Assembly (NCBI GenBank): GCA_030605565.1 | Contig: JAUWIB010000112.1 | Span: 4,335-68,334 of the forward strand | Length of the DNA stretch: 64,000 nucleotides | Direction: 5' to 3' | From: a bacterium | GTDB taxonomy: Bacteria; Zixibacteria; MSB-5A5; GN15; FEB-12 | Shown: in pieces, positions 19,417-28,330 of the stretch | Layout: each line of letters opens with the position of its first letter | Numbering within the stretch: the first letter of the stretch is position 1 | The notes under the pieces: model-generated | Told to the model about the DNA's origin: nothing | Databases searched by the model: none | The model's input: the letters and a program-made list of their open reading frames with translations, nothing else | Program-made: the position numbers and the translations under genes

Positions 19417-20139
19417 ATGGGGTGGGACTTCGCCCGTGGTCTTCTTTTCCGAACCACCTTGGTAGTGGTAGCACCCTTACTTCTGTGCAGTCCCACGCTT
19501 TCATCCGATGCCGACCAGGAGTCGTCCGACTCGCTGGTTACAAGAATCGACCGGGACCAATACGCCATTGGCGGCCTGCGCCTGAATAAACGTACGCAAG
19601 AGATCACTATACCCGGATGGGTCAACATGGACCAGGGTCAGATCGAATACTTCGCCACCACCCGATCGGGGAAAACCCACGAAGCAGTCTTGGTGTTGGA
19701 TTGTCGGCCTCTGCACCTGCAAACAGCGCTGCTGCTTTTGGGCCTGGAGAGCGGCGAAACGAACATGCAGTATCAGGGTGATACCACCGCGCCACAGGGT
19801 GATTCGCTGACCATCACGGTGAGTTGGCAGGACGAGAACGGCCGTGAGGTTGCTCATCCCGCGCACGAGTTGATGTACGATCTGCAACGAAAAGATGCCA
19901 TGGAGACCACGCCGTGGGTGTTCACCGGATCGATGGTGATCGACGGGCGGTTCATGGCCGACCTTGATGGTTCGATCATCGCTACCTACAGCGATCCCGT
20001 GGCGGTGGTGAACAATCCGTTGTCGGGGCGGGTCGATGACACCGTGTATGAAGCCAACGCTGAAATCCTGCCGAAACCGGGTACACCGGTATTGGTGACT
20101 ATCAGCGAGTGGCGGCAGTCTGAAGAATTCAGGGAGTAA
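19417..20139 (+). CDS. YdjY-like domain exported protein
   Basis: Signal-like N-terminus; IEYFA...GKTHEAVL..D..PLHLQTALLLLGL and WVFTGS motifs. Confidence 0.65.
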   Translation: MGWDFARGLLFRTTLVVVAPLLLCSPTLSSDADQESSDSLVTRIDRDQYAIGGLRLNKRTQEITIPGWVNMDQGQIEYFATTRSGKTHEAVLVLDCRPLHLQTALLLLGLESGETNMQYQGDTTAPQGDSLTITVSWQDENGREVAHPAHELMYDLQRKDAMETTPWVFTGSMVIDGRFMADLDGSIIATYSDPVAVVNNPLSGRVDDTVYEANAEILPKPGTPVLVTISEWRQSEEFRE

Positions 20140-20140
20140 T

Positions 20141-21292
20141 GTGAAAGTATCACTGAAATCCATCGGTCTGATCGCAATCCTGATTGTGAGTATGACATCG
20201 TTCAGCGTGGCGGCGCAGAAGGACTCTTTCGATCTGTCGCTGAGACACGAGGCTGAGGCCGGCATCGGGCGTGCTCTGGCCTATCTGGCGGCGGCGCAGG
20301 GCGAGAATGGATCGTTTAATGATTATCCCGGCATCACCGGACTGGCCCTGACGGCGTTTGCGCGGGCGCCGGAGAAACTCAGAAGCAAGTACGATGACGG
20401 TATCCTGGCCGGGTACAAGTACCTGCTGTCCAACGTCCGTCCGGACGGCGGTATCTACCCCGAATTCGAGCCGCAACTGAAAGCGTACAACACATCGATC
20501 TGTCTGATGGCCCTGGTAGCCGCCCACGCGCCCAACTTTGAGGAACCGATAATCAACGCCCGACGATATATCATGTCGCTGCAAGCCGACGAGGACGACG
20601 GCTTGACACCCGACAGTTCCACTTACGGTGGCATCGGTTACAACAAAGACGAACGCTCCGACATCTCCAACATGCAGTATGCCCTCGAGGCGGTGCGCGT
20701 ATCCGAGAGCTACGCACCGACGGGTGAGGCAACTGCGGTACGTATAGGTGAAAAGCAAACGGACGCCGTCAACGAAGACCTTTTCTGGGAAAGAGCGATT
20801 GTGTTCCTACAGCGCTGTCAGAATCACAAGAAGTACAACGACTATAAGTGGTCTAGTGATGACGGCGGGTTTGTTTATTATCCCGGTGTCTCCAAGGCCG
20901 GTGGGGCCACATCGTACGGTGGCATGACCTATGCGGGAATGAAGAGTTTCATTCACGCCGGACTGGACCCCGGCGACGAACGAGTGCAGGCGGCTTACCG
21001 GTGGATACGGAGCAATTACACCGTCGAGACCAACCCGGAACTTGGCGAGCAGGGGTTGTTTTACTATTACAATGTGATGGCCAAGGCGTTGGCCGTGCTC
21101 GGTGATCCGACCCTGGTCGACAGTTCGGGTGTCGAGCACGACTGGCGCGGCGACCTGGCCGACAAATTGATTTCGATCCAGGCGGCCGACGGCTCCTGGG
21201 TGAACGAAAACGGCCGCTGGTGGGAAAACAACCCGGTCCTGGTGACCGCCTACTGTGTGCTGACGTTGGAGGAGCTTCTTAAGCAGGAGTAG
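20141..21292 (+). CDS. Exported prenyltransferase/squalene-oxidase-repeat (alpha/alpha toroid) protein
   Basis: Signal peptide; QW-like repeats QGENGSF, QAADGSW; YGGIGY..SDISNMQYAL; DGGFVY. Confidence 0.8.
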   Translation: MKVSLKSIGLIAILIVSMTSFSVAAQKDSFDLSLRHEAEAGIGRALAYLAAAQGENGSFNDYPGITGLALTAFARAPEKLRSKYDDGILAGYKYLLSNVRPDGGIYPEFEPQLKAYNTSICLMALVAAHAPNFEEPIINARRYIMSLQADEDDGLTPDSSTYGGIGYNKDERSDISNMQYALEAVRVSESYAPTGEATAVRIGEKQTDAVNEDLFWERAIVFLQRCQNHKKYNDYKWSSDDGGFVYYPGVSKAGGATSYGGMTYAGMKSFIHAGLDPGDERVQAAYRWIRSNYTVETNPELGEQGLFYYYNVMAKALAVLGDPTLVDSSGVEHDWRGDLADKLISIQAADGSWVNENGRWWENNPVLVTAYCVLTLEELLKQE

Positions 21293-21392
21293 CCTTAAAT
21301 AGACAAAACAATTGTCGCCGCGGAGAATTCTGAGGACGATTGACATCGGCGACGTGACGAGACTGTATGTTAACTGTAATCTGGAGGAAGCG

Positions 21393-24300
21393 ATGAAAAC
21401 GCGATTGCTAAGCTTGGTTCTTGCACTCGCTGTGTTGTGCCTGGTGACGGCGGACGTCACGGCGCAACCGAGTGTGAATGTCATGCCGGACGGTATCCGC
21501 AATCTACCAGCCGGTATCAACACCGCCTACGCCTGGCCCAACCCTGACACGGCCCTTGTTATCTGGGGCAATGTGACAGGCGGAACGGCGCCCTACACCT
21601 ATGAATGGGACTTCGGTGACGGCTCGCCCGTAGCCGGCGGCTCGGTTACCGACGCACGCTATATCGCGGTGACCCACAGTTACGCCACTATGGGCCCCAA
21701 ATACGCGACCTTGACGGTGACCGACAATGACGGGCTGGTTGATGTCGACGTGGTGCGTATCGACGTCGTCCCGCGTGACTGGGACTCGCGCGTGAATCTG
21801 GCTATCGAAAAAGGTCTGCGCTGGCTCTATTTGCATAACTACGGATATATCGCCTGGCAGGGCTGGGGCGCTGAGGGACAGTACAAAGTCGGCGCCTTCG
21901 GTATGGAAGTGATGGCTTTCGCCAATCGTGGGCACAGACCGTTCAACGACCCTGGTGACGAAGACATCTACTCCGACTACGTCAAGCAAGGGCTGGACAT
22001 CATCACTTCGTACGCGTACACCCAGAGCATCTCAGTACAGCCCTACGGTAATCCCGACTCCGATGGGGACGGCATAGGTATCTCGTTCTCCAACGGCACC
22101 CGGCCTTGTTATGAGGTCGGTATTGCCATCATGGCTATTGTCGCCTGTAATGCGCCGGATAGCACGGCCGCCACCGGACCGGCGGAAGTTATCGGCGAAA
22201 CGTACAATGACATCGTCGTGGATGCCATCGACTGGCTGGCCTGGGCGCAGAACGATTATGGCGGCCGCGGAGGCTGGCGGTATTATGCTAACTATGGTAA
22301 CAGCGACAACTCGGTGACACAGTGGCCGGCCATCGGTATGGAAGCTGCCGAATTCGACTGGTTGCTGGCGCCGCAGGCATTCGTCAAAAGCGAGTTGCTG
22401 GTCTGGACCCTTTACAGTCAAAACGCCAACGGCGGTTTTGGATACGGCAGCTCCAGCAATCCCAACGTCGGGCGCACCGGCGCCGGTCTCTGTGAACTCT
22501 CCTTCTGCGACGTGCCGTACACCGACGCTCGCATTCAGAACGCCCTGAACTATCTCAATAACAACTGGTACCAGAGCAACAGTGTCACTAACGGAAACTT
22601 CGGCAATCTCTATGCCATGTACGGTGTGGCCAAAGGCTGCCGCATCGCCGTCGACGGGGCCGGAGACCCGCATGAGATCCAAACCATAGGCGCCCATAGC
22701 TGGCAGCAGGAATACAACGAATGGCTGGTCGAACACCAGCACCCTGACGGCTACTGGAACGGCAGCAACTACGGCAGCAATGTCATCGATACCGACTGGG
22801 GCATCCTGATATTGATTCCGGCTATCACCTGTGATCCGGTGGCGGTGATTGCAGCGCCAGCCTCGGTACCGGCCAACACGCCGTTCACGCTGGACGGCAG
22901 CGGATCGTACTACACGTGTGGCGGCGCCGCTATCGTCGAGTGGCTGTGGGACTATGACAACAGCGGCGGCCTCGATTGGGGCAATCCCGACAGCGAGGGC
23001 GAGATAATCACCCATCCCGGCTACACGCTCGATCCCGGCGTGCTGGCCGACACTATCGTTATCACCCTGCGCGTGAAAGACAACACCGACGAGCAGGACA
23101 CCGACATTGCCGAGCACATAATCATCGTCGACACCACCAACCATCCGCCGGTGGCCGACTGCGGCGGCCCCTACGCCGCCCGGGTCGGCGAGACCATACT
23201 GTTCGACGGAACCGGTTCATACGATCCGGATCCCGGAGACTCTATCAACAGCTACAGTTGGGACCTCGACGGTGACGGTCAGTTCGATGATTGTTTTGAC
23301 TCGACCTGCACCGCGGTGTGGAATGAAGTATACTCCGGCTACGTAGGCCTCATCGTGACCGACAACTTCGGCGCCGCCTCCGATGATACCTGCCATGTCA
23401 CTGTCTGGACCTCGGAGATGGATGTCTACATTGCCGACGCCGACGTCACTGTCTCCAATCCGAACGCCCTTCCCGGCGACATGATCACGATCAACGCCAC
23501 CGTTCACTGCGCTGCCGATTCCGATCCGGTTTCAGACGTGGTTGTGAGGTTCTACGATGGTAACCCGGCGGTTTCGGTGAACCAGATCGGAGTTGACCAG
23601 GTGATACCAGGCATGTCGGCCGGTGACGCCGTGACGGTCGATGTTCAGTACCTTGTCGGCGACACGCTGCCGCGCCATCTGTTTGTGCGGGTGGATCCGG
23701 ATCAGGAGATCGAGGAGTATGACGAAAGCAACAACGAGGCCTCCTACACCCTCATGTCGACTCAGGAGTGCACGGCCTCTATGATCATCGATCCGTTCGT
23801 GCAGTACGTCTTTTATGCTAACGCCATCATCCCGATGTCCGCCACGATCTACCTCGGCGAGTTCACACCCGGGTTCGGCGCCTACGACGTCAATCCGGCG
23901 TCCGTGCTGGTCAACGGGTCCATCGCGCCCACCTCGTGGGAGATCATCACCGATCCCGAGATGTTCGACGGAACCATCTTCAGGTTCGAGTTCCCCATCA
24001 GGGACTTCATCTTAGGTTACGGATGGATTTGGGACAGCACCTTGCAGGATTACACGGTGACGTGGCAGTTCGGCGGCAAAGCCTGTCCCCAGTGTGACGC
24101 CACCGATACGTTCGTCCTGTGGGGTCATCGTTCGGGCGATCTGAATCTCGACGGTTCGGTCGACATCGCCGATCTGCTGTTCATGGTCGACTTCATGTTC
24201 CTTGACGGCGAAGCGCCGGAGATTGCGGAAGCGGCCGACGTCAACGGTGACTGCGCCATAGATATCGGCGACCTTACTTACTTCGTCGCCTACTTCTTCG

Positions 24301-24968
24301 GCGCTGGTGAGGCCCCGGTCGCGCCTTGTTCGCAGTCACCGCCTTCGACGGCCAAACTGTGTCATGATATCGGAATCAACTCCCACTATGCCGACGGCGC
24401 CACCGTGATCACGATCAGCTCATCGGTCGACCTTCGAGGTATACAACTCGAACTCACAGGCGATGCGGATGGTATCCCCATCAGTCGAACCGCCGCTCAA
24501 CTGGAACTGGTCTACGGCGGAACCGAGAACGGTATGAAAATCGGGCTGTGCGATCTTGATGGGGTGGAGATTCTTCGCGCCGGTGAGTATGAGTTGCTCC
24601 GCGTCGAAGGGGCGTACGAGGTATCCGGTGCGCTGATGTCCGATCTGGAGCATCGCACGGTTACACCGGTAATTAACGGCAGCGCCAAAGAAGCGCCCTT
24701 GCCGGGTGATTTCGCCCTGTATCAGAACCATCCGAACCCGTTTAACCCGCTCACCGAAATCGGCTTCTACCTGCCGACAGCGAGTCGGGCGCGCTTGGAG
24801 ATATACAACATCATGGGCCAGAAGGTAGCGACCCTGGTCGATAGTGAGTTGTCGATGGGTGAACACAGTTTCAGCTTCGACGGCGGCAGCGTGGCCAGTG
24901 GTGTGTACTTCTATCGCCTGGAAACCGCCACCGGCTCACAAACCAGGAAGATGGTGCTGATGAAGTAG
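21393..24968 (+). CDS. Large secreted PKD + alpha/alpha-toroid + PKD + CARDB + dockerin-like + Por/T9SS-tail protein
   Basis: ATG 21393 after GGAGG; WDFGDG PKD; GGWRY..SDNSVTQW; QHPDGYW; VDPDQEIEEYDESNN CARDB; GDLNLDGSVDIADL; QNHPNPFNP...SGVYFYRL...KMVLMK. Confidence 0.85.
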   Translation: MKTRLLSLVLALAVLCLVTADVTAQPSVNVMPDGIRNLPAGINTAYAWPNPDTALVIWGNVTGGTAPYTYEWDFGDGSPVAGGSVTDARYIAVTHSYATMGPKYATLTVTDNDGLVDVDVVRIDVVPRDWDSRVNLAIEKGLRWLYLHNYGYIAWQGWGAEGQYKVGAFGMEVMAFANRGHRPFNDPGDEDIYSDYVKQGLDIITSYAYTQSISVQPYGNPDSDGDGIGISFSNGTRPCYEVGIAIMAIVACNAPDSTAATGPAEVIGETYNDIVVDAIDWLAWAQNDYGGRGGWRYYANYGNSDNSVTQWPAIGMEAAEFDWLLAPQAFVKSELLVWTLYSQNANGGFGYGSSSNPNVGRTGAGLCELSFCDVPYTDARIQNALNYLNNNWYQSNSVTNGNFGNLYAMYGVAKGCRIAVDGAGDPHEIQTIGAHSWQQEYNEWLVEHQHPDGYWNGSNYGSNVIDTDWGILILIPAITCDPVAVIAAPASVPANTPFTLDGSGSYYTCGGAAIVEWLWDYDNSGGLDWGNPDSEGEIITHPGYTLDPGVLADTIVITLRVKDNTDEQDTDIAEHIIIVDTTNHPPVADCGGPYAARVGETILFDGTGSYDPDPGDSINSYSWDLDGDGQFDDCFDSTCTAVWNEVYSGYVGLIVTDNFGAASDDTCHVTVWTSEMDVYIADADVTVSNPNALPGDMITINATVHCAADSDPVSDVVVRFYDGNPAVSVNQIGVDQVIPGMSAGDAVTVDVQYLVGDTLPRHLFVRVDPDQEIEEYDESNNEASYTLMSTQECTASMIIDPFVQYVFYANAIIPMSATIYLGEFTPGFGAYDVNPASVLVNGSIAPTSWEIITDPEMFDGTIFRFEFPIRDFILGYGWIWDSTLQDYTVTWQFGGKACPQCDATDTFVLWGHRSGDLNLDGSVDIADLLFMVDFMFLDGEAPEIAEAADVNGDCAIDIGDLTYFVAYFFGAGEAPVAPCSQSPPSTAKLCHDIGINSHYADGATVITISSSVDLRGIQLELTGDADGIPISRTAAQLELVYGGTENGMKIGLCDLDGVEILRAGEYELLRVEGAYEVSGALMSDLEHRTVTPVINGSAKEAPLPGDFALYQNHPNPFNPLTEIGFYLPTASRARLEIYNIMGQKVATLVDSELSMGEHSFSFDGGSVASGVYFYRLETATGSQTRKMVLMK

Positions 24969-24993
24969 CGACGCATTCACGATTTGACAGGAC

Positions 24994-25024
24994 GGGACGA
25001 TCCCTCGTGGGTCGTCCCTTTTTT
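24994..25024 (+). terminator. Rho-independent terminator
   Basis: GGGACGATCC/GGGTCGTCCC stem followed by T6. Confidence 0.8.
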
Positions 25025-25059
25025 ATAGTCGTGACTCAACGGTTGTCTTCCCCACACAA

Positions 25060-25217
25060 GGGCGTGTTGAAAAAGCAGGTATCTTCGTCATCGCGAGTCC
25101 GGCCACAAGTGGCCTTCATGGGCGGACGTGCCGATCTCGATTCGTTGCAGACATGGCGCAGGAGATTACCGCACTCCCTGCGACACGAGTGTCTTCGGTC
25201 GCTTGCATAGCACGCCC
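25060..25217. mobile_element. Degenerate MITE-like element around a GTCATCGCGAG-type palindrome
   Basis: GGGCGTGTTGAAAAA left end, TAGCACGCCC right end; internal CGACACGAGTGTCTTCGGTCGCT is shared with about 54418. Confidence 0.45.
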
Positions 25218-25402
25218 GAAAATCGCGGAGCGACACAATTCGATCAAGAACCGACGCAGACCCACCAACCCTCTGGCTCGAGATGATCGACAAACCAGTT
25301 GACACGAGGCTTGCCAACGCCAAGATTGACGAAAGATACTCAGGCGAAAATGGTTTGAGGGCGTCACCCTGCCGTTAGGCCTTCCGGCACCGCCCGTCCC
25401 TG

Positions 25403-26071
25403 CTACCCCTCTACCAATCGCTGCATCCGTTCACGGTCAAGGACGTGAATGGTTGAGCCGTTGACGGATATGACCTTCTCGCGCGACAGTCTGGCCAGCG
25501 AACGTGACAACGTCTCCGGTATGGTGCCGATTTCGGCAGCCAGCACCGATTTTTTCTCCGGTAAAGTCAACGTTACTTCATCGCCCGCACCATCGGGTAT
25601 CATGTTAAGCAAGTGCCTGGCCAGACGGGTAGTGACGTTGGTGAGAGACAAACCCTCGACTAACTGGGTCAGTTTCTTGAGCAATTCGGACAGCCGGGCA
25701 ATCATGTTCAGGGCCAGGTTAGGGTGACGTTGCAGGATACCGAGGAAGCGTTCCCGGTTGATAACCAGCACCTCCGAGGGTTCCAGCGCCTGAGCCGAGG
25801 CGGGATAGAAACCGCCGGCAAACATCGCAGCTTCGGCAAAACTGTCGCCCGTATCGGCCAGTATCAGTATCTGCTCCTTACCGTCCGGCGACATCTTGAA
25901 CACCTTCACCCGGCCGGAACCGACGATGAAAAACGAATGCACCAGATCTCCCTCGAAAAAGAGCACCTCGCCGGCGTCACAGTTTTTCAACGTCGAAGCA
26001 GAGGCTATTTCATCCAGCGAACGATCCTCCAACTCGCTGAACAATTGGGACATCTTTAGTATCTCGTGCAT
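25403..26071 (-). CDS. Crp/Fnr family transcriptional regulator
   Basis: LFFEGD, GRVKVFKMSPDGKEQIL, GDSFAE, LAAEIGTIPETLSRSL HTH. Confidence 0.93.
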   Translation of the reverse strand: MHEILKMSQLFSELEDRSLDEIASASTLKNCDAGEVLFFEGDLVHSFFIVGSGRVKVFKMSPDGKEQILILADTGDSFAEAAMFAGGFYPASAQALEPSEVLVINRERFLGILQRHPNLALNMIARLSELLKKLTQLVEGLSLTNVTTRLARHLLNMIPDGAGDEVTLTLPEKKSVLAAEIGTIPETLSRSLARLSREKVISVNGSTIHVLDRERMQRLVEG

Positions 26072-26169
26072 AGTTCTTCCTTCCGGCTGGAACCACCGGG
26101 TCATCGAGAATTCCTCACATCGGAGTTCTTAATAAGGATAATACTGGGTGTCGGAAAGAACTTTTTTGC

Positions 26170-26526
26170 TTAGAGGAGGCTGTTGAGCAGCTCTTCGATG
26201 TCGGACATCATAAACGGCTTGGCCAGAAAACCATCCGGTTTGACGGATTCGGTGTCATCCTGGACATCACTGACTGCGTAACCGGAAATGAGCACCACCG
26301 GGATATCCGGAAACCTGCCTTTGACCTCGCGCAGCAACTCCAGGCCGGTCATGTTGGGCATCCGCATGTCGGTGATAACCAGTGAGAATTCGGTATCGGA
26401 CAGTTTGTCGAGAGCATCACTGCCGTCGGAAGCTCTCACCGATTGGTAATCGAAAACCTCGAGCATTTCCGAGAGCAGCGAGGACATATTGGGGTTGTCG
26501 TCAACTATCAGAATCGATTTGGCCAT
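26170..26526 (-). CDS. Single-domain response regulator receiver
   Basis: ILIVDD, VITDMRMPNMTG, LISGY, FLAKPF. Confidence 0.93.
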   Translation of the reverse strand: MAKSILIVDDNPNMSSLLSEMLEVFDYQSVRASDGSDALDKLSDTEFSLVITDMRMPNMTGLELLREVKGRFPDIPVVLISGYAVSDVQDDTESVKPDGFLAKPFMMSDIEELLNSLL

Positions 26527-26600
26527 AAGCGTCTACCGGCTTCCTTTTCAGTATTGTCGGCAGATAGCGGGGGGGAACTTTAGGCGAAACGCCTTTTTTT

Positions 26601-27713
26601 CTACAGCTTCTGCGATCGGGCGACCAGTTCCGACTGCAAGGCGGCAATACCCTGGCGCTTGGAGGCAGAGACGAGAAAGCTCGGGGCTGAACCGAGAGAT
26701 GGCGGCACAAAATCGAGGTTCGCATCTATTTTATTGTACACCAACAGATAAGGGACTCTGTCCGCACCGATGTCGGCCAGCACCTGGCGGGTCTGTACGT
26801 ATCGTTGCTCGAAATCCTCCGCCGAGCAATCGACCACCTGAATCAGAAGATCGGCCAGGCTGACTTCCTCCAGGGTTGACTTGAACGACTCCACCAACTG
26901 GTGCGGCAGCTTCTTGATGAAGCCGACCGTGTCCGAGATCACGATCCGACAAGGATGGCGGGTGATCATCTGGCGGGTTGTCGAATCGAGCGTAGTGAAG
27001 AGCATGTCGGCGGTGGTGACATTGGCTCGCGTGAGCACGTTAAACAGGGTCGACTTCCCGGCGTTGGTATAGCCGACCAGGGCGATTTTGAACATCGCCT
27101 GTCTCCCCTTGCGCTGGGTCGAGCGCTGACGGTCCAGCTTTTTCAGGAGCGCCTTGAGGTTGGCGATTCGCGTTCGCACCCGACGGCGATCGATCTCAAG
27201 CTGTGTTTCGCCCGGTCCCTTGGCCCCGATGCCGCCATACTGCCGCGAAAAATGTACCCAGGCGCCGGTCAGCCGCGGTAAAGTGTACTGGAGTTGGGCC
27301 AACTCAACCTGAAGGCGGGAAGCGCGGCTTCGAGCGCGGCTGGCGAAGATGTCCAGAATCAGAATCGGTCGGTCAACCACCTTGGCTTCAAGGGCATCTT
27401 CGAGGTTACGCTGCTGGGCCGGGCTGAGGGTGTCATCGAAGATGACGCAGTTGGCGCCATCGGTCTGCAATTGCTCCTTTAACTCAGCCACCAGGCCCTT
27501 TCCGATAAACGTGGCCGGGTCCGGGTGCGCCCGAGTTTGAATACGTTTGGCTACGACTGTTGCCCCTGCGGTCAGACTGAGGCGACCCAATTCAGCAAGG
27601 GAAGCATCCACCTCTGCGCGTTGCCGGGAGTCCGCCGCACGGCCAACCAATATGGCCTTTTCGGTTTCTGTCTTGCTGTAATCAATGACCACTACTGTAA
27701 TATATGAAGGCAA
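26601..27713 (-). CDS. hflX: GTPase HflX (start uncertain)
   Basis: FIGKG, GPGETQLEIDRR, GYTNAGKSTL, FTTLD, DTVGFI, NKID. Confidence 0.95.
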   Translation of the reverse strand: MPSYITVVVIDYSKTETEKAILVGRAADSRQRAEVDASLAELGRLSLTAGATVVAKRIQTRAHPDPATFIGKGLVAELKEQLQTDGANCVIFDDTLSPAQQRNLEDALEAKVVDRPILILDIFASRARSRASRLQVELAQLQYTLPRLTGAWVHFSRQYGGIGAKGPGETQLEIDRRRVRTRIANLKALLKKLDRQRSTQRKGRQAMFKIALVGYTNAGKSTLFNVLTRANVTTADMLFTTLDSTTRQMITRHPCRIVISDTVGFIKKLPHQLVESFKSTLEEVSLADLLIQVVDCSAEDFEQRYVQTRQVLADIGADRVPYLLVYNKIDANLDFVPPSLGSAPSFLVSASKRQGIAALQSELVARSQKL

Positions 27714-28058
27714 CCCCGATTTTCAAATCGATATCCCTGCGTTACAGCGAAATGGGTTCGTTTTGGCGATGAATCGCTTCTGTGCGCTTCGCGCATCCCA
27801 ACCTCATCCTGAGCGGAGTCGAAGGATACACTGTTCAAGAATGGGTTCGTTTTGGTCATTTTCGCTTTTTCCCAAAAAAGGTCGGTGGTGATTTCGGCTG
27901 TTCCTGTCCATTCTCACACCTCAATAGTGCCCACCAAACTGCTTACTTCAACGGGGGCGCTTCGGAGTTTTGTGCAGAGTTTGTTGGGAAAATCGCCAGT
28001 GATAGTCGTCCTTCGACTGCGCTGTGAGTGACGCCGTCAACTGGAAACCCGGGGCAAG

Positions 28059-28231
28059 GAGGCTGTCTCACAACTCGGTTGTGAACGCATCGTCCTCATC
28101 ACTGTTTATGTGCACAGATTCTAACACCGCGTAGGGTGGGGGCTTGTCTCCCACCAGTGAATGCCACTTGTGGCCGGCGGACACAAGGCCCGCCGCTACG
28201 CGATAGGAAATGCGACTTTTGAGACAGCCAC
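28059..28231. mobile_element. MITE with IS1182-like TIRs, 4-bp TSD CAAG
   Basis: GAGGCTGTCTCA...TGAGACAGCCAC; CAAG on both sides; splits a CCCGGGG/CCCCGGG hairpin. Confidence 0.85.
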
Positions 28232-28330
28232 CAAGCCCCGGGCCACCCGACCTTTGGTCAAGGGAAATGTTGGCGACACACACAAGCGTCAGGGGGTGAA
28301 CGCCGGCAGACTTCCTCCGATAACAAGAGT

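Noticed and set aside
20141-22830. Squalene-hopene cyclase / hopanoid biosynthesis genes
   Set aside because: Single toroid domains with signal peptides and no DxDDTA motif; no hpn genes nearby.
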